Origin: an uncultured Candidatus Izemoplasmatales bacterium
GTDB taxonomy: Bacteria; Bacillota_I; Bacilli_A; Izemoplasmatales; Hujiaoplasmataceae
Length of the DNA stretch: 64,000 nucleotides
Assembly: GCA_964567465.1 (NCBI GenBank)
Contig: CAZMMT010000001.1
Span: forward strand, 27,794-91,793
Direction of reading: 5' to 3'
Both the position numbers and the translations under genes were made by a program. Below are positions 32,901 through 41,556 of the stretch, one piece after another. The notes under the pieces are model-generated. The model was not told the DNA's origin. It ran no database searches and saw only the letters and a program-made list of their open reading frames with translations. Numbering within the stretch: the stretch's first letter is position 1; each line of letters starts with the position of its first letter.

Positions 32901-33063
32901 AGCTGTTATTAACAATGATTATACCGGCTTGAATTATAAATAAAGCAGTAAATACTACTAAGGCTAGAATCTTAAAAGTTTTTCTTCTACTCTTGAAACT
33001 AGCTGAGAAGTAATTAGAAAAAGAATCTCTAATTTTGATTAAAAAAGTTCTAATATGTGTCAT
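29977..33063 (-). CDS. yfhO: YfhO-family polytopic membrane glycosyltransferase
   Basis: 1028 aa. About 500 aa with many TM helices are followed by a large extracytoplasmic region and a terminal TM helix (LGLYISLGSLAIYGLIFITPLIV). The architecture and the partnership with CsbB-like and GtrA-like genes fit YfhO. Confidence 0.7.
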   Translation of the reverse strand: MTHIRTFLIKIRDSFSNYFSASFKSRRKTFKILALVVFTALFIIQAGIIIVNNSFYNNFSDDILQYYTIMNDFIASVKGGSLSLFNLNNYLGASFFSDIYYIPLDIFTFLTFILSYVMNVEIAYSIMELFKIFAGVMALAYFLHLEGRKNRTIFWASIFYFVSGGMVSFMAFPAFLSMAFYLPLSLIVIHYFFNKKRWILPLFALIIIFYNFYLGYMILAFTSFAFILEYFKRYKFNVFDFMKKGVIFLGLLLLGVGMAAVILLPSINFILEETYRSTATFNAWIINIGSYELKLFRPEIYIRYLAKLVAEQKPIGFYGFENDYGLEHASLYITIIGFAYMSLIFFMKDKISRVYKVSFLIALVFMFFPLFSYVFSGTLDKPYTRWINLLPLIEVLALAHVFDHYGFEKIKMKQMTIVASLLILLSSFLVYYYIQKLDINIRYAGRETLTADTVMIGVSIVYLVIIIVFGWLKKFTVIKWFVWIEVIVALGYIYSGPFSIRDKIDVFERSHDVNEFLEANLDQEEFYRVYIDLSRIGLDKTNFNRMTVFPTNTYIFHSWTDSETNGIGKMIFNSNEYQSKSRMNYFGFYINHFLGYKYVLVDATYEFDFEEDYFSIVAENEKYKLYEMNYASSFKVFDTYFYSDDIDMEVNNSLQDINSALVRQKAFLMSAIIDTEKEYDMSQYDLNYLDDFSSTNMQSISSYTVISGTTVMTTGFNDEIEREFYLYDEETIDINFTVGAAYIKFFDNNDLVSNLSQVFMEFSDGTRQACSVYSFGVGENEIKSPYHIKCEFWKRPVKIFVEKNENLTTAPVFKMRNERALEFAAYLTYDLSQLDLPSEKGFLVFDMGIEKPFEKVFIVDEFGDRYEVLDGYYHYETKPDKLYIFKTSGMYSYYDLYNLRLRYIAETYEDLDDMLIENNIDNKYLSINNAKIDLKYNNLISSEKDQIVVIPVAYSEDWQFTSDQVYDTISVSGGFLGIVIPKGTSQVEITMKFSPKYMDLGLYISLGSLAIYGLIFITPLIVNKKKRG

Positions 33064-33100
33064 TTTTACTCCTAATTTCAGTTAATATTCATAGAATATT

Positions 33101-33109
33101 ATTATATCA
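33101..33109 (-). promoter_or_regulatory. Extended -10 element for the yfhO operon
   Basis: The reverse complement reads TGATATAAT, 37 nt upstream of the yfhO ATG at 33063. Confidence 0.45.
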
Positions 33110-33193
33110 TAATTGGTTTGGTTTATATAGTTATTATTTAAGTTTAATTGCTTTTAATTGCCAGATTATATATAATATTTATGAGGTAATTAT

Positions 33194-34432
33194 ATGGAAA
33201 AAGCAATTTTAGTAGGATTAGACTATCACAATGATGAATACTTTGAAGAAACAATGGAAGAACTTGAAAACTTAGCTATTGCTTGTGAGGTTGAAGTTCA
33301 AGACAAATTGATTCAAAGACGGGAAGCTCCAACTGCAAATTTTTTTATTGGATCCGGTAAAATCTCTGAATTAAAGAATCTTATAAATTTACATGATGCA
33401 AATCTTGTTATTTTTAATGACGAGTTAAGCCCAAGTCACATAAGAAATTTGGAGGAAAAATTAGAGATAAAAGTTATTGATCGAACTGTTCTAATACTAG
33501 ATATCTTCGCAAAAAGGGCCAAAACAAAAGAGGCTATGCTACAAGTAGAACTAGCTCAATCACAATATATGCTGCCAAGAGTTGTTGGCATGTATAAATC
33601 TCTTTCAAGACAAAAATCTGGAACCGGATCAAAGGGGCCTGGTGAACAACAATTAGAACTTGATCGAAGAATATTAAGAGATAAAATAACCAAACTAAAA
33701 AGAGAACTTAAAGAGTTGGTAAAAGTAAGAAGAACTCAAAGGCAAAAAAGAAGCGAAAGCGCTACTAAAACAGTAGCTATTGCTGGTTATACAAACTCTG
33801 GAAAATCAACCTTAATGAATGCGATTATTAAACATTCTATCCAACCCGAAAAAGATACTATGTTTAGTAAAGATATGTTATTTGCGACATTAGAAACAAA
33901 AACAAGAAAAATCGAACTAGAAAATAATAATAATTTTCTTTTAACTGATACCGTAGGCTTTATAAGAATGCTACCACATGATTTGATTGAAGCTTTTAAA
34001 TCAACTCTTGAAGAAATTAATGAAGCTTCTTTGATACTTCATGTTATTGATATATCTAATCCTAATTTCCCACACCAAATACAATCCGTTGAAGAAGTGC
34101 TCCAAGATTTAGGTGTGCATGACGTGCCAATAATTCATGTGTATAATAAAATCGATTTATTAACAGACATTCCAAATATCCCTACTTCCGATTCGATATT
34201 TGTATCCGCTAAAGAAGATCAAAACATTAAAAGACTACTAGAAGAAATTAATCGAATATTATACAAAAATATTGAAGTCAGCATGATTGTTCCTTATAAC
34301 AATGGTAATGTATTCTCGGATTTAAAAGAAAACTCAAAAATTATAGAAGCCATGTATTTTGAAGATGGTATTCATATAAAAGCTATAATAAATGAATATT
34401 ACTATCAAAAATATAAACAATACATAATATAA
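33194..34432 (+). CDS. hflX: GTPase HflX
   Basis: 412 aa. The HflX N-domain is followed by a G-domain with GYTNSGKST and DTVGF. A possible promoter has -35 TTGCTT at 33148-33153 and -10 TATAAT at 33171-33176. Confidence 0.9.
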   Translation: MEKAILVGLDYHNDEYFEETMEELENLAIACEVEVQDKLIQRREAPTANFFIGSGKISELKNLINLHDANLVIFNDELSPSHIRNLEEKLEIKVIDRTVLILDIFAKRAKTKEAMLQVELAQSQYMLPRVVGMYKSLSRQKSGTGSKGPGEQQLELDRRILRDKITKLKRELKELVKVRRTQRQKRSESATKTVAIAGYTNSGKSTLMNAIIKHSIQPEKDTMFSKDMLFATLETKTRKIELENNNNFLLTDTVGFIRMLPHDLIEAFKSTLEEINEASLILHVIDISNPNFPHQIQSVEEVLQDLGVHDVPIIHVYNKIDLLTDIPNIPTSDSIFVSAKEDQNIKRLLEEINRILYKNIEVSMIVPYNNGNVFSDLKENSKIIEAMYFEDGIHIKAIINEYYYQKYKQYII

Positions 34433-34463
34433 AAATCATCTCATTTTTGAGATGATTTTTTTT
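34432..34463. terminator. Bidirectional terminator between hflX and dusB
   Basis: AAAATCATCTCA-tttt-TGAGATGATTTT hairpin flanked by A- and T-runs. Confidence 0.8.
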
Positions 34464-35436
34464 ATTGAATTGAATCAAAATAATTATTGATAATATCAAC
34501 AATTTCCTCAACACTTTTAGCATGAACAATTTGAGTCTTAATCTTAGTAGCTCCTGGCAACCCTTTAACATACCATGCTCCATGTGTTCTCATTTCTAAA
34601 ATAGCTATGTGTTCGCCTTTATATTTTATCAAATTATCTAAATGTTTTAAAAGGTAAGCTTTCTTAGTAGCTATACTAATTTCTCTCTCATAATTACCGG
34701 TTTCTAGATAATCTACCGTTTGCTTAATAAGCCAAGGATTACCCATTAAGCCTCTTCCTATCATTACTCCATCGCAATTTGTATACTCAATCATCATTTT
34801 TGCATCTTCTGGAGATTTTATATCTCCATTCCCAATAACTGGTATTTTTACCGCTTCTTTAACGGCTTTAATTATATCCAAGTCAACTCTTCCGGAATAC
34901 ATATCAGTTCTAGTTCTTCCATGAATTGCTATTAAAGATGCTCCAGCTTCTTCCATAGCTTTTGCAAAAGAAACCGCATTAATACTTTTATGATCCCACC
35001 CACTTCTAAATTTCACAGATACGGGCTTATTTACAACTTTAACAATTGAACTTACAATCTCTTTTGCAAGTTCAGGAGTTGTCATTAGTTTTGATCCACT
35101 GCCTGCTTTTGTGACTTTAGGTACTGGACATCCCATATTAATATCAATGATATCGCAATTAGATTCTCTATCTATTAATATTGCCGCATTAACCATTGAT
35201 TCAACATCACTACCGAACAATTGTAATGCTATTGGTTTTTCATAATCAGAAATTGCAATCATATCTTTAGTCTTTTGATTTTCATATAGCAAGCCTTTGT
35301 CAGAAATCATTTCTGTATATATAAGTCCTGCTCCAAACTCTTTTAAAATCAAGCGATAAGATAAATCGGTCACACCAGCCATTGGTGCGACAAAAACATT
35401 ATTATCTAGTATTACATCTTTAACTCGCAATTTCAT
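34462..35436 (-). CDS. dusB: tRNA-dihydrouridine synthase
   Basis: 324 aa. The motifs APMAGVTD, DINMGCP and HGRT are present. Confidence 0.9.
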   Translation of the reverse strand: MKLRVKDVILDNNVFVAPMAGVTDLSYRLILKEFGAGLIYTEMISDKGLLYENQKTKDMIAISDYEKPIALQLFGSDVESMVNAAILIDRESNCDIIDINMGCPVPKVTKAGSGSKLMTTPELAKEIVSSIVKVVNKPVSVKFRSGWDHKSINAVSFAKAMEEAGASLIAIHGRTRTDMYSGRVDLDIIKAVKEAVKIPVIGNGDIKSPEDAKMMIEYTNCDGVMIGRGLMGNPWLIKQTVDYLETGNYEREISIATKKAYLLKHLDNLIKYKGEHIAILEMRTHGAWYVKGLPGATKIKTQIVHAKSVEEIVDIINNYFDSIQ

Positions 35437-35510
35437 ATTATCACCCTTATCAACAACAATTATATAACAAAAATACTGAATTACAAAATAATAGATTTTT
35501 AATTCGTTTA

Positions 35511-35519
35511 TGTTATAAT
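35511..35519 (+). promoter_or_regulatory. Extended -10 element for hslO
   Basis: TGTTATAAT, 23 nt upstream of the ATG at 35543. Confidence 0.45.
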
Positions 35520-35542
35520 ACTGTCTGTGGAAGGTGATTTAA

Positions 35543-36406
35543 ATGAATGATTATTTAGTTAAAGCTTATGCTTTTGATGGAACCGTAAGAATCTATGCAG
35601 CAACAACAACGAATCTTGTTGAACACGCAAGAAAAATACATGATACATTTCCCGCTGCTAGCGCTGCTTTCGGGAGAACACTAACGGCATCTTTAATTAT
35701 GGGAGCCATGTATAAAGGCGATCAAACACTGACAATTAGAATTGATGGTGGTGGACCTATTGGGAAAATTATAACTCAAGTTAATGCTAATGGAGTTGTA
35801 AAAGGTTTAGTAGAAAATCCTCATGTACATATATCAAAAAAAGATAAATTAGCTGTCGGTATGGTTGTTGGAAATAATGGATTTATTCACGTTACTAAAG
35901 ACTTAAAAGTAAGGGATGTATTTACGTCCTCTGCAGAACTTCAAACAGGAGAAATTGCAGAAGACTTCACATACTATTTTGCTAAAAGCGAACAGATTCC
36001 ATCTTCTGTAGGATTAGGTGTTTTAGTAAATGAAAAAAATGAAGTTTTTGCAAGCGGTGGTTTTATCCTACAAGTTATGCCTGGGGTAAAAGACGAAACA
36101 ATCGCCAAAATAGAAAGCAAAATCAATTCTATGAAACCTATATCAGAATTAATTAAAGATAATTATAAACCAGAAGACATCATTAATCTTATAACCGAAG
36201 GTGATCATGAATTTGTTGAAGAAATGCCTTTAAAATACGAATGTGATTGTTCAAAAGAAAGATTTTACAATGGTCTTTCAACTCTTGATAAAAATGAAAT
36301 TGACTCTTTAATTGAGCATAACGAAAACATCGAAATTCTATGTGAATTTTGTAAAACAAATTATACTTTTACAATCGAAGAGTTAAATGATATAAGAAAC
36401 AAATAA
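35543..36406 (+). CDS. hslO: Redox-regulated chaperone Hsp33
   Basis: 287 aa. The C-terminal zinc centre CDCS...CEFC is typical of Hsp33. Confidence 0.9.
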   Translation: MNDYLVKAYAFDGTVRIYAATTTNLVEHARKIHDTFPAASAAFGRTLTASLIMGAMYKGDQTLTIRIDGGGPIGKIITQVNANGVVKGLVENPHVHISKKDKLAVGMVVGNNGFIHVTKDLKVRDVFTSSAELQTGEIAEDFTYYFAKSEQIPSSVGLGVLVNEKNEVFASGGFILQVMPGVKDETIAKIESKINSMKPISELIKDNYKPEDIINLITEGDHEFVEEMPLKYECDCSKERFYNGLSTLDKNEIDSLIEHNENIEILCEFCKTNYTFTIEELNDIRNK

Positions 36407-36446
36407 AAAAGTTTGCGATTTGAATTCGCAAACTTTATTTTTTTAA
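36407..36446. terminator. Bidirectional terminator between hslO and glyA
   Basis: AGTTTGCGA...TCGCAAACT hairpin flanked by A- and T-runs. Confidence 0.8.
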
Positions 36447-37681
36447 TATTCTAAAGGATATTTATCAGTTAAAAGTTTAACTCTCTTCTTAACTTCATTT
36501 AAAACTTCTTCATTTTCAGGATTCATTAAAATCATATCAATTAAAATTGCAACTTCCACAAAATCATCTTCTTTAAATCCTCTGGTGGTCATTGCCGGAG
36601 TTCCTAATCTAATACCACTAGTTATAAAAGGTTTTTTGGTATCATAAGGAATAGTGTTTTTGTTGCAGGTTATATTAGCTAAATCTAATAAGTTTTCGGC
36701 TTTTTTACCAGACATATTCGCTTTAGATAAAACATCCAACAATAATAAGTGATTATCAGTCCCATTACTAACAACATGATATCCTAACTCAATGAATTTT
36801 TCAGCGAAAACTTTAGCGTTTTTAACTACTTGTTTTTGATATTGAACAAAACCATCAGTTAGAGCTTCTTTAAAAGCGGCTGCCTTTGCAGCTATTATAT
36901 GCATTAAAGGTCCACCTTGAATTCCAGGGAAAACTACTCTATCAACATTTTTAGCAATTTCTTCATTGTTAGTAAGAATGATTCCGCCTCTTGGCCCTCT
37001 TAATGTTTTATGTGTGGTTGAAGTTACAATGTCTGCATAATCACATGGATTTGGATGCAATCCTGCGGCTACTAGCCCTGCTATATGAGCCATATCAACC
37101 ATTAACATAGCTCCAACTTTATCACAAATTTCTCTGAATTTCTTAAAATCAATCACTCTAGGGTATGCACTAGCGCCTGCAACAATTAGTTTTGGTTTTA
37201 TTTCTAATGCTTGTTTTTCCAAATCTTCATAGTCAATCATCTCAGTTTCCTTATTAACAAAATAAGGATGGAACTCGTAATCAATACCGCTAAAACTTAA
37301 TGGATGCCCGTGAGTTAAATGGCCACCTTGATCCAAGGCCATACCTAAAACTACATCTCCATGGTTTAATATAGCGCGATAAGCTCCCATATTAGCTGTT
37401 GATCCAGAATGTGGTTGTACATTAGCATATTTAACATTAAATAATTGTTTTACTCTTTCTCTTGCTAGTTCTTCTGCTTCATCGACAAACTCACACCCAC
37501 CATAATATCTTTTGCCTGGATAGCCTTCAGCATACTTATTCGTTAAAACACTTCCATCAGCTTCTAAAACGGCTTTTGAAACAAAATTTTCTGAAGCAAT
37601 TAACTCAATGTGCGATTGCTGACGATCTAATTCTTTTTGAATGACTTGAAAAAGTTCATTATCAGAATTCTTTAAATACAT
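36443..37681 (-). CDS. glyA: Serine hydroxymethyltransferase
   Basis: 412 aa. IELIASENF and the PLP-lysine context [12 protein letters not shown] are present. Confidence 0.95.
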   Translation of the reverse strand: MYLKNSDNELFQVIQKELDRQQSHIELIASENFVSKAVLEADGSVLTNKYAEGYPGKRYYGGCEFVDEAEELARERVKQLFNVKYANVQPHSGSTANMGAYRAILNHGDVVLGMALDQGGHLTHGHPLSFSGIDYEFHPYFVNKETEMIDYEDLEKQALEIKPKLIVAGASAYPRVIDFKKFREICDKVGAMLMVDMAHIAGLVAAGLHPNPCDYADIVTSTTHKTLRGPRGGIILTNNEEIAKNVDRVVFPGIQGGPLMHIIAAKAAAFKEALTDGFVQYQKQVVKNAKVFAEKFIELGYHVVSNGTDNHLLLLDVLSKANMSGKKAENLLDLANITCNKNTIPYDTKKPFITSGIRLGTPAMTTRGFKEDDFVEVAILIDMILMNPENEEVLNEVKKRVKLLTDKYPLEY

Positions 37682-38541
37682 GAATTTCTCTCCTTTATAA
37701 AATCTCTAAATATTTTTTTAAACTCTTCTATATCAAGAGCTTCTCCTCTAATTGTATCAATTATATTATTTCTTTCAAGCAAATTCTTAAAAAACTGCTT
37801 CGAACAATCTTTATAATTTTCACTCAAATTATTAATTAATGTTTTTCTTCTTTGTGAGAAAGAATTATGCAAAAATTTATAAAAATCTACTTTATTAAAA
37901 TTATCAAAACTATCTTTTCTTTCTAACCTAATAACTGCCGAATCAACTTGGGGTCGTGGCTTAAAAACTGTCTTTGGAACTTTGAATAAATACTTTACGT
38001 CCGCTTGATCTTGAATGATAATACTCAAAGCATTATAGTCTTTTGTGTTTGGTTTTGAAGTTAAACGTTGACCAACTTCAAGTTGCATCATTAATGTCAA
38101 ATCCCTTATGTTTTCGGTCTCTTCTAACACTTTCATGATTATCGGAGTTGTAATGTGATAAGGCAAGTTGCTAATAAGGCTAATATTTTTACTTCCGTCA
38201 AGATACAAATCAATGTCATTGTTTAAGTTAGATTTTAAGAAATCTTGATTAATAATTTTTATGTTTTTTTTGTCTTTGAAAAATCCTTCCAAAATTGGAA
38301 TTAAGTCTTGATCAACTTCATAGATAAGAACTTTTTTTGCTTGGTCTACAATATACTTTGTTAAAGCTCCTAACCCCGGTCCTATTTCAATAACATATGA
38401 ATTCTTATCTATTTTAGATTCTTTTATTATATTCTTAATAATGTTTTCATCCAGTAAAAAATTTTGACTAAACTTCTTTTTTATAAAAAAATTGTCTTCG
38501 TTAATTATTTTTTTAGCTGATATATTATGATTTGAACTCAT
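37672..38541 (-). CDS. rsmA: 16S rRNA (adenine1518/1519-N6)-dimethyltransferase
   Basis: 289 aa. FSQNFL, the SAM motif [12 protein letters not shown] and NLPY are present. Confidence 0.9.
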   Translation of the reverse strand: MSSNHNISAKKIINEDNFFIKKKFSQNFLLDENIIKNIIKESKIDKNSYVIEIGPGLGALTKYIVDQAKKVLIYEVDQDLIPILEGFFKDKKNIKIINQDFLKSNLNNDIDLYLDGSKNISLISNLPYHITTPIIMKVLEETENIRDLTLMMQLEVGQRLTSKPNTKDYNALSIIIQDQADVKYLFKVPKTVFKPRPQVDSAVIRLERKDSFDNFNKVDFYKFLHNSFSQRRKTLINNLSENYKDCSKQFFKNLLERNNIIDTIRGEALDIEEFKKIFRDFIKERNSCI

Positions 38542-39070
38542 CTATTATTTCATCAACCCTTTCCAAATTTATTCCTAACATATTTAAATTTCTTAGCAAG
38601 GCTTTTCCATTCACATATGGAATGTTTAGCTTTTCACATAAAATACTTCTTTTATTAGCAGAGTTTTCATTACTAATAAGCCCTCTTCTAAGAAGGTCTA
38701 ATCTTGTAATTAAATCTCTTGTATAATCAAGGCTAATTAAATTATCTAAAGCAAACACAATGTCTTCTCTATTACAATGCTCGATTCCAACTTTTGTATT
38801 TGTTTTATTTAATGCTTTCTTTTTATTAACATATGCAATCTTAAAATTACCTTTTGTATCTAAAATCTCATTTGTAATTTTCTTGCCTGGAAAGTCTGGA
38901 TCGAGAAATAAAATAACATCCCTAATTAAACTCGTCTGATAAATTAAATTTAAAGTTTCTTTAGAAATTTCGCTTCCATTTGTTACTATACAATCAATAT
39001 TAGGATAAATTGACTTAATCTTTTGTTCATCATGAGTTCCTTCGACAACGATTACTTGATTATAATTCAT
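38525..39070 (-). CDS. rnmV: Ribonuclease M5 (TOPRIM)
   Basis: 181 aa. VIVVEGTHDE and LDPDFPGKKI are TOPRIM motifs. The position upstream of rsmA matches that in Bacilli. Confidence 0.85.
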   Translation of the reverse strand: MNYNQVIVVEGTHDEQKIKSIYPNIDCIVTNGSEISKETLNLIYQTSLIRDVILFLDPDFPGKKITNEILDTKGNFKIAYVNKKKALNKTNTKVGIEHCNREDIVFALDNLISLDYTRDLITRLDLLRRGLISNENSANKRSILCEKLNIPYVNGKALLRNLNMLGINLERVDEIIDEFKS

Positions 39071-39975
39071 TGATTTTTAAAATACCTTTTCTTTATTTTG
39101 TGCGGAACAATTATCTCGATAGCTTTGCTAGCGACTTCAATAATTTGATTACCCTGACCGCCATATTCACCATCAATATTCCATCTTGCTTTTGACTCGG
39201 TTTTTATTTCCATTTTTTCAGTTTTAAACCTAGTAACTAAAGGAGTAGACCAAAAAGGAAAAATAAAAGCTAATGCATAAAGATAAAAGTTAAATGGAAA
39301 GATATTTTTGTATAAAACAACATTGACTAATCCATCATCTAAACTCGGTTTATAAATCATATTTATTCCTGCTACTCTTTTAGAATTAATTATCATTACT
39401 AGCGAAAAAACACCTTTATAAACTTCATCATTGTGATGAATTGTCATCTTCATTTTTGGAATAGTAAAAACTTCTTCAAAAGCTTTAATAATATAAGCTA
39501 TATAGCCTATTTTTTTCTTTAATTTTGAGTCAGTAACATAACTAATGTCAATAAAAGCTCCAGATGCTGTAACATAGCAAGAATATCGATCGTTTGTTTT
39601 AACAATATCCATTTTAACCGGTATACCTTTTAAAATAATATCAACTGATTTTTCTACATTTTTAGACAATCCTAAACTCATACCAATATCGCAACATGTC
39701 CCTGCAGGAATGTATCCTATTTTCGGTCTCTTTTCATATCGCATCAACCCATTTACGCACTCATTAAATGTACCATCTCCACCAACAATAACTAACATAT
39801 CATAGTTTTCTTTACAAGCTATTTCCGCTAAGTCTGTGGCGTGATTTGGATACTCTGTCGCAAAGACAAAAATATCATGAAAATGAGGTTTAAATCTTTC
39901 CATGACATATTCTAACTTTTTTACAAAGTTTTGCTTACCACTTTTAGGGTTGTAAATAAGCATTAGTTTATCCAT
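39067..39975 (-). CDS. Diacylglycerol kinase family lipid kinase (DagK/YegS-like)
   Basis: 302 aa. LIYNPKSGK and VIVGGDGTFNE motifs are present. It overlaps rnmV by 4 nt. Confidence 0.8.
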   Translation of the reverse strand: MDKLMLIYNPKSGKQNFVKKLEYVMERFKPHFHDIFVFATEYPNHATDLAEIACKENYDMLVIVGGDGTFNECVNGLMRYEKRPKIGYIPAGTCCDIGMSLGLSKNVEKSVDIILKGIPVKMDIVKTNDRYSCYVTASGAFIDISYVTDSKLKKKIGYIAYIIKAFEEVFTIPKMKMTIHHNDEVYKGVFSLVMIINSKRVAGINMIYKPSLDDGLVNVVLYKNIFPFNFYLYALAFIFPFWSTPLVTRFKTEKMEIKTESKARWNIDGEYGGQGNQIIEVASKAIEIIVPHKIKKRYFKNQ

Positions 39976-39990
39976 CTAATCACCAAAACA

Positions 39991-39999
39991 ATTATATCA
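39991..39999 (-). promoter_or_regulatory. Extended -10 element for the lipid kinase-rnmV-rsmA-glyA operon
   Basis: The reverse complement reads TGATATAAT, 15 nt upstream of the ATG at 39975. Confidence 0.4.
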
Positions 40000-40078
40000 T
40001 AATCAAAATTAAAATGTAACTTGTCTTTACTATAAAGACAATTGTTTATTCAAAAGTAATGAAACCTAAATGATTATT

Positions 40079-40087
40079 TGATATAAT
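40079..40087 (+). promoter_or_regulatory. Extended -10 element for the HAD-HIT gene pair
   Basis: TGATATAAT, 17 nt upstream of the TTG start at 40105. The RBS GGTGATGA lies between them. Confidence 0.4.
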
Positions 40088-40104
40088 GTAATTGGTGATG
40101 AAAA

Positions 40105-40755
40105 TTGGGAAAAATTAATACTATACTTTTTGATTTAGATGGAACTTTAGTTGACTCGAATGAAATTATTATTCAATCATTTAAAGAAACGTTTAAATAT
40201 TATCAACCGAACATTGAATATACTCGCAATCAAATTATTGAAATGATTGGTCCGCCTCTAAAAGAAACTTTCAAAATAGTTAGCGAAGAAACTAAAGTAA
40301 TCAATGAGATGATTGATTACTACCGTACTTTCTATCAAAAACACGAGTTCGAATATATTAAACTCTATGATAACGTAATCGAAACCTTGGAAAAACTCAG
40401 TAAGTTAAATGTTAATCTAGGAATTGTAACTACTAAGTTTGAGGAATCAGCTATGCCATCGATAAAATTGTTCTCAATAGATAAATATATTAAAAATTAC
40501 TCTTTTTTAGGAAGTGTTCCTGAGCATAAACCAAGCCCCGAGCCTATATTCTATGTTTTGAATCAATTTAATAACGTCGATGAGGCATTAATGATTGGAG
40601 ATAATCCTTCGGATATTTTTGCTGGGAAAAATGCTGGAATACTAACTTGTGGTATCGAATGGACATTGGTAAAAGATAAATTAAAAGCAACAAATCCGGA
40701 TTTTTGGATTAAAGATTATAAAGAAATTCTCAAAATCATTGAAAAGGAGATCTAA
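40105..40755 (+). CDS. HAD-IA family phosphatase (PpaX/Gph-like)
   Basis: 216 aa with a TTG start. Motif I FDLDGTLVDS, GIVTTK and the C-terminal GDNPSD are present. Confidence 0.75.
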   Translation: MGKINTILFDLDGTLVDSNEIIIQSFKETFKYYQPNIEYTRNQIIEMIGPPLKETFKIVSEETKVINEMIDYYRTFYQKHEFEYIKLYDNVIETLEKLSKLNVNLGIVTTKFEESAMPSIKLFSIDKYIKNYSFLGSVPEHKPSPEPIFYVLNQFNNVDEALMIGDNPSDIFAGKNAGILTCGIEWTLVKDKLKATNPDFWIKDYKEILKIIEKEI

Positions 40756-40757
40756 TA

Positions 40758-41168
40758 ATGGATTGTATTTTTTGTAAAATTGTAAATAACGAAATACCTA
40801 GTTATAAAGTTTATGAAGACGATATTTTGATTGCTATTCTTGATATCTCACAAACAACAAAAGGTCACACTTTGGTTATCCCTAAAAAACACTACAAAAA
40901 TCTTTATGAGTTGGATGCTTCAGCTAGTTCGGAAATTTTTAAAACTGTTCCAAAAATAGCTAACGCTTTAAAAAATGCATTCAACCCAATAGGCTTAAAT
41001 TTAATAGTTAACACGGAGAAACCATTACAAACCGTAAATCACTTCCATATTCACTTGATTCCAAGATACAACAATGACAATCTTGAAATAACTTTCCAAA
41101 ACAATCAAAAAGATATGACTCCAGAGAAGTATAATTCAATAAAAGAATCTATAATTAGTAATTTATAA
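40758..41168 (+). CDS. HIT-family nucleotide hydrolase/transferase
   Basis: 136 aa. CIFCKI and the histidine triad HFHIHLIP are present. Confidence 0.9.
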   Translation: MDCIFCKIVNNEIPSYKVYEDDILIAILDISQTTKGHTLVIPKKHYKNLYELDASASSEIFKTVPKIANALKNAFNPIGLNLIVNTEKPLQTVNHFHIHLIPRYNNDNLEITFQNNQKDMTPEKYNSIKESIISNL

Positions 41169-41178
41169 CTTATAATTT

Positions 41179-41219
41179 AAAACGTGATAAATCCTCATAA
41201 AGGTTTATCACGTTTTTTT
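41179..41219. terminator. Bidirectional terminator between the HIT gene and the DUF1858 gene
   Basis: AAAACGTGATAAA.CCT-cataa-AGG.TTTATCACGTTTT long hairpin followed by a T-run. Confidence 0.8.
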
Positions 41220-41220
41220 A

Positions 41221-41448
41221 CTATTCTTCTCTAAACTCAACACCAACTTTTAAGAACGCTTGTTTAGCTAATTCATAATCTATTTTTCTAAACTCGCAGC
41301 CCTTCTTTAAAGTCATAATTCTTCCGGCAGTTTGTAACATACCTGGTTTTATTATATCTTCAAATCCAAGGCCCTTCATTATATTCAAAGTTTCTTCACA
41401 CTCTTTTGATAATTTATATATTGTTGTTTTATCTGATAATATTTTCAT
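41221..41448 (-). CDS. DUF1858-like small protein
   Basis: About 75 aa. The pattern T.I..L....P....IM...G...I..PGML...GR.MTL..G matches my recollection of DUF1858. The ATG at 41448 is preferred over the track's TTG at 41466. Confidence 0.5.
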   Translation of the reverse strand: MKILSDKTTIYKLSKECEETLNIMKGLGFEDIIKPGMLQTAGRIMTLKKGCEFRKIDYELAKQAFLKVGVEFREE

Positions 41449-41509
41449 ATACTCCCCCTTTAACAATTATATAGTCTATTCACTTTCTAAAGCAAATGAT
41501 TTAGCTTAA

Positions 41510-41539
41510 TAAAAAAACTCCCTATCTCAATTAGGGAGT
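41510..41539 (-). terminator. Rho-independent terminator after the DUF3137-like gene
   Basis: ACTCCCTA-tctcaat-TAGGGAGT hairpin, with an A-run at 41511-41517 on the plus strand giving a U-tail on the minus strand. Confidence 0.75.
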
Positions 41540-41556
41540 CTTCAACTTTTAATATC

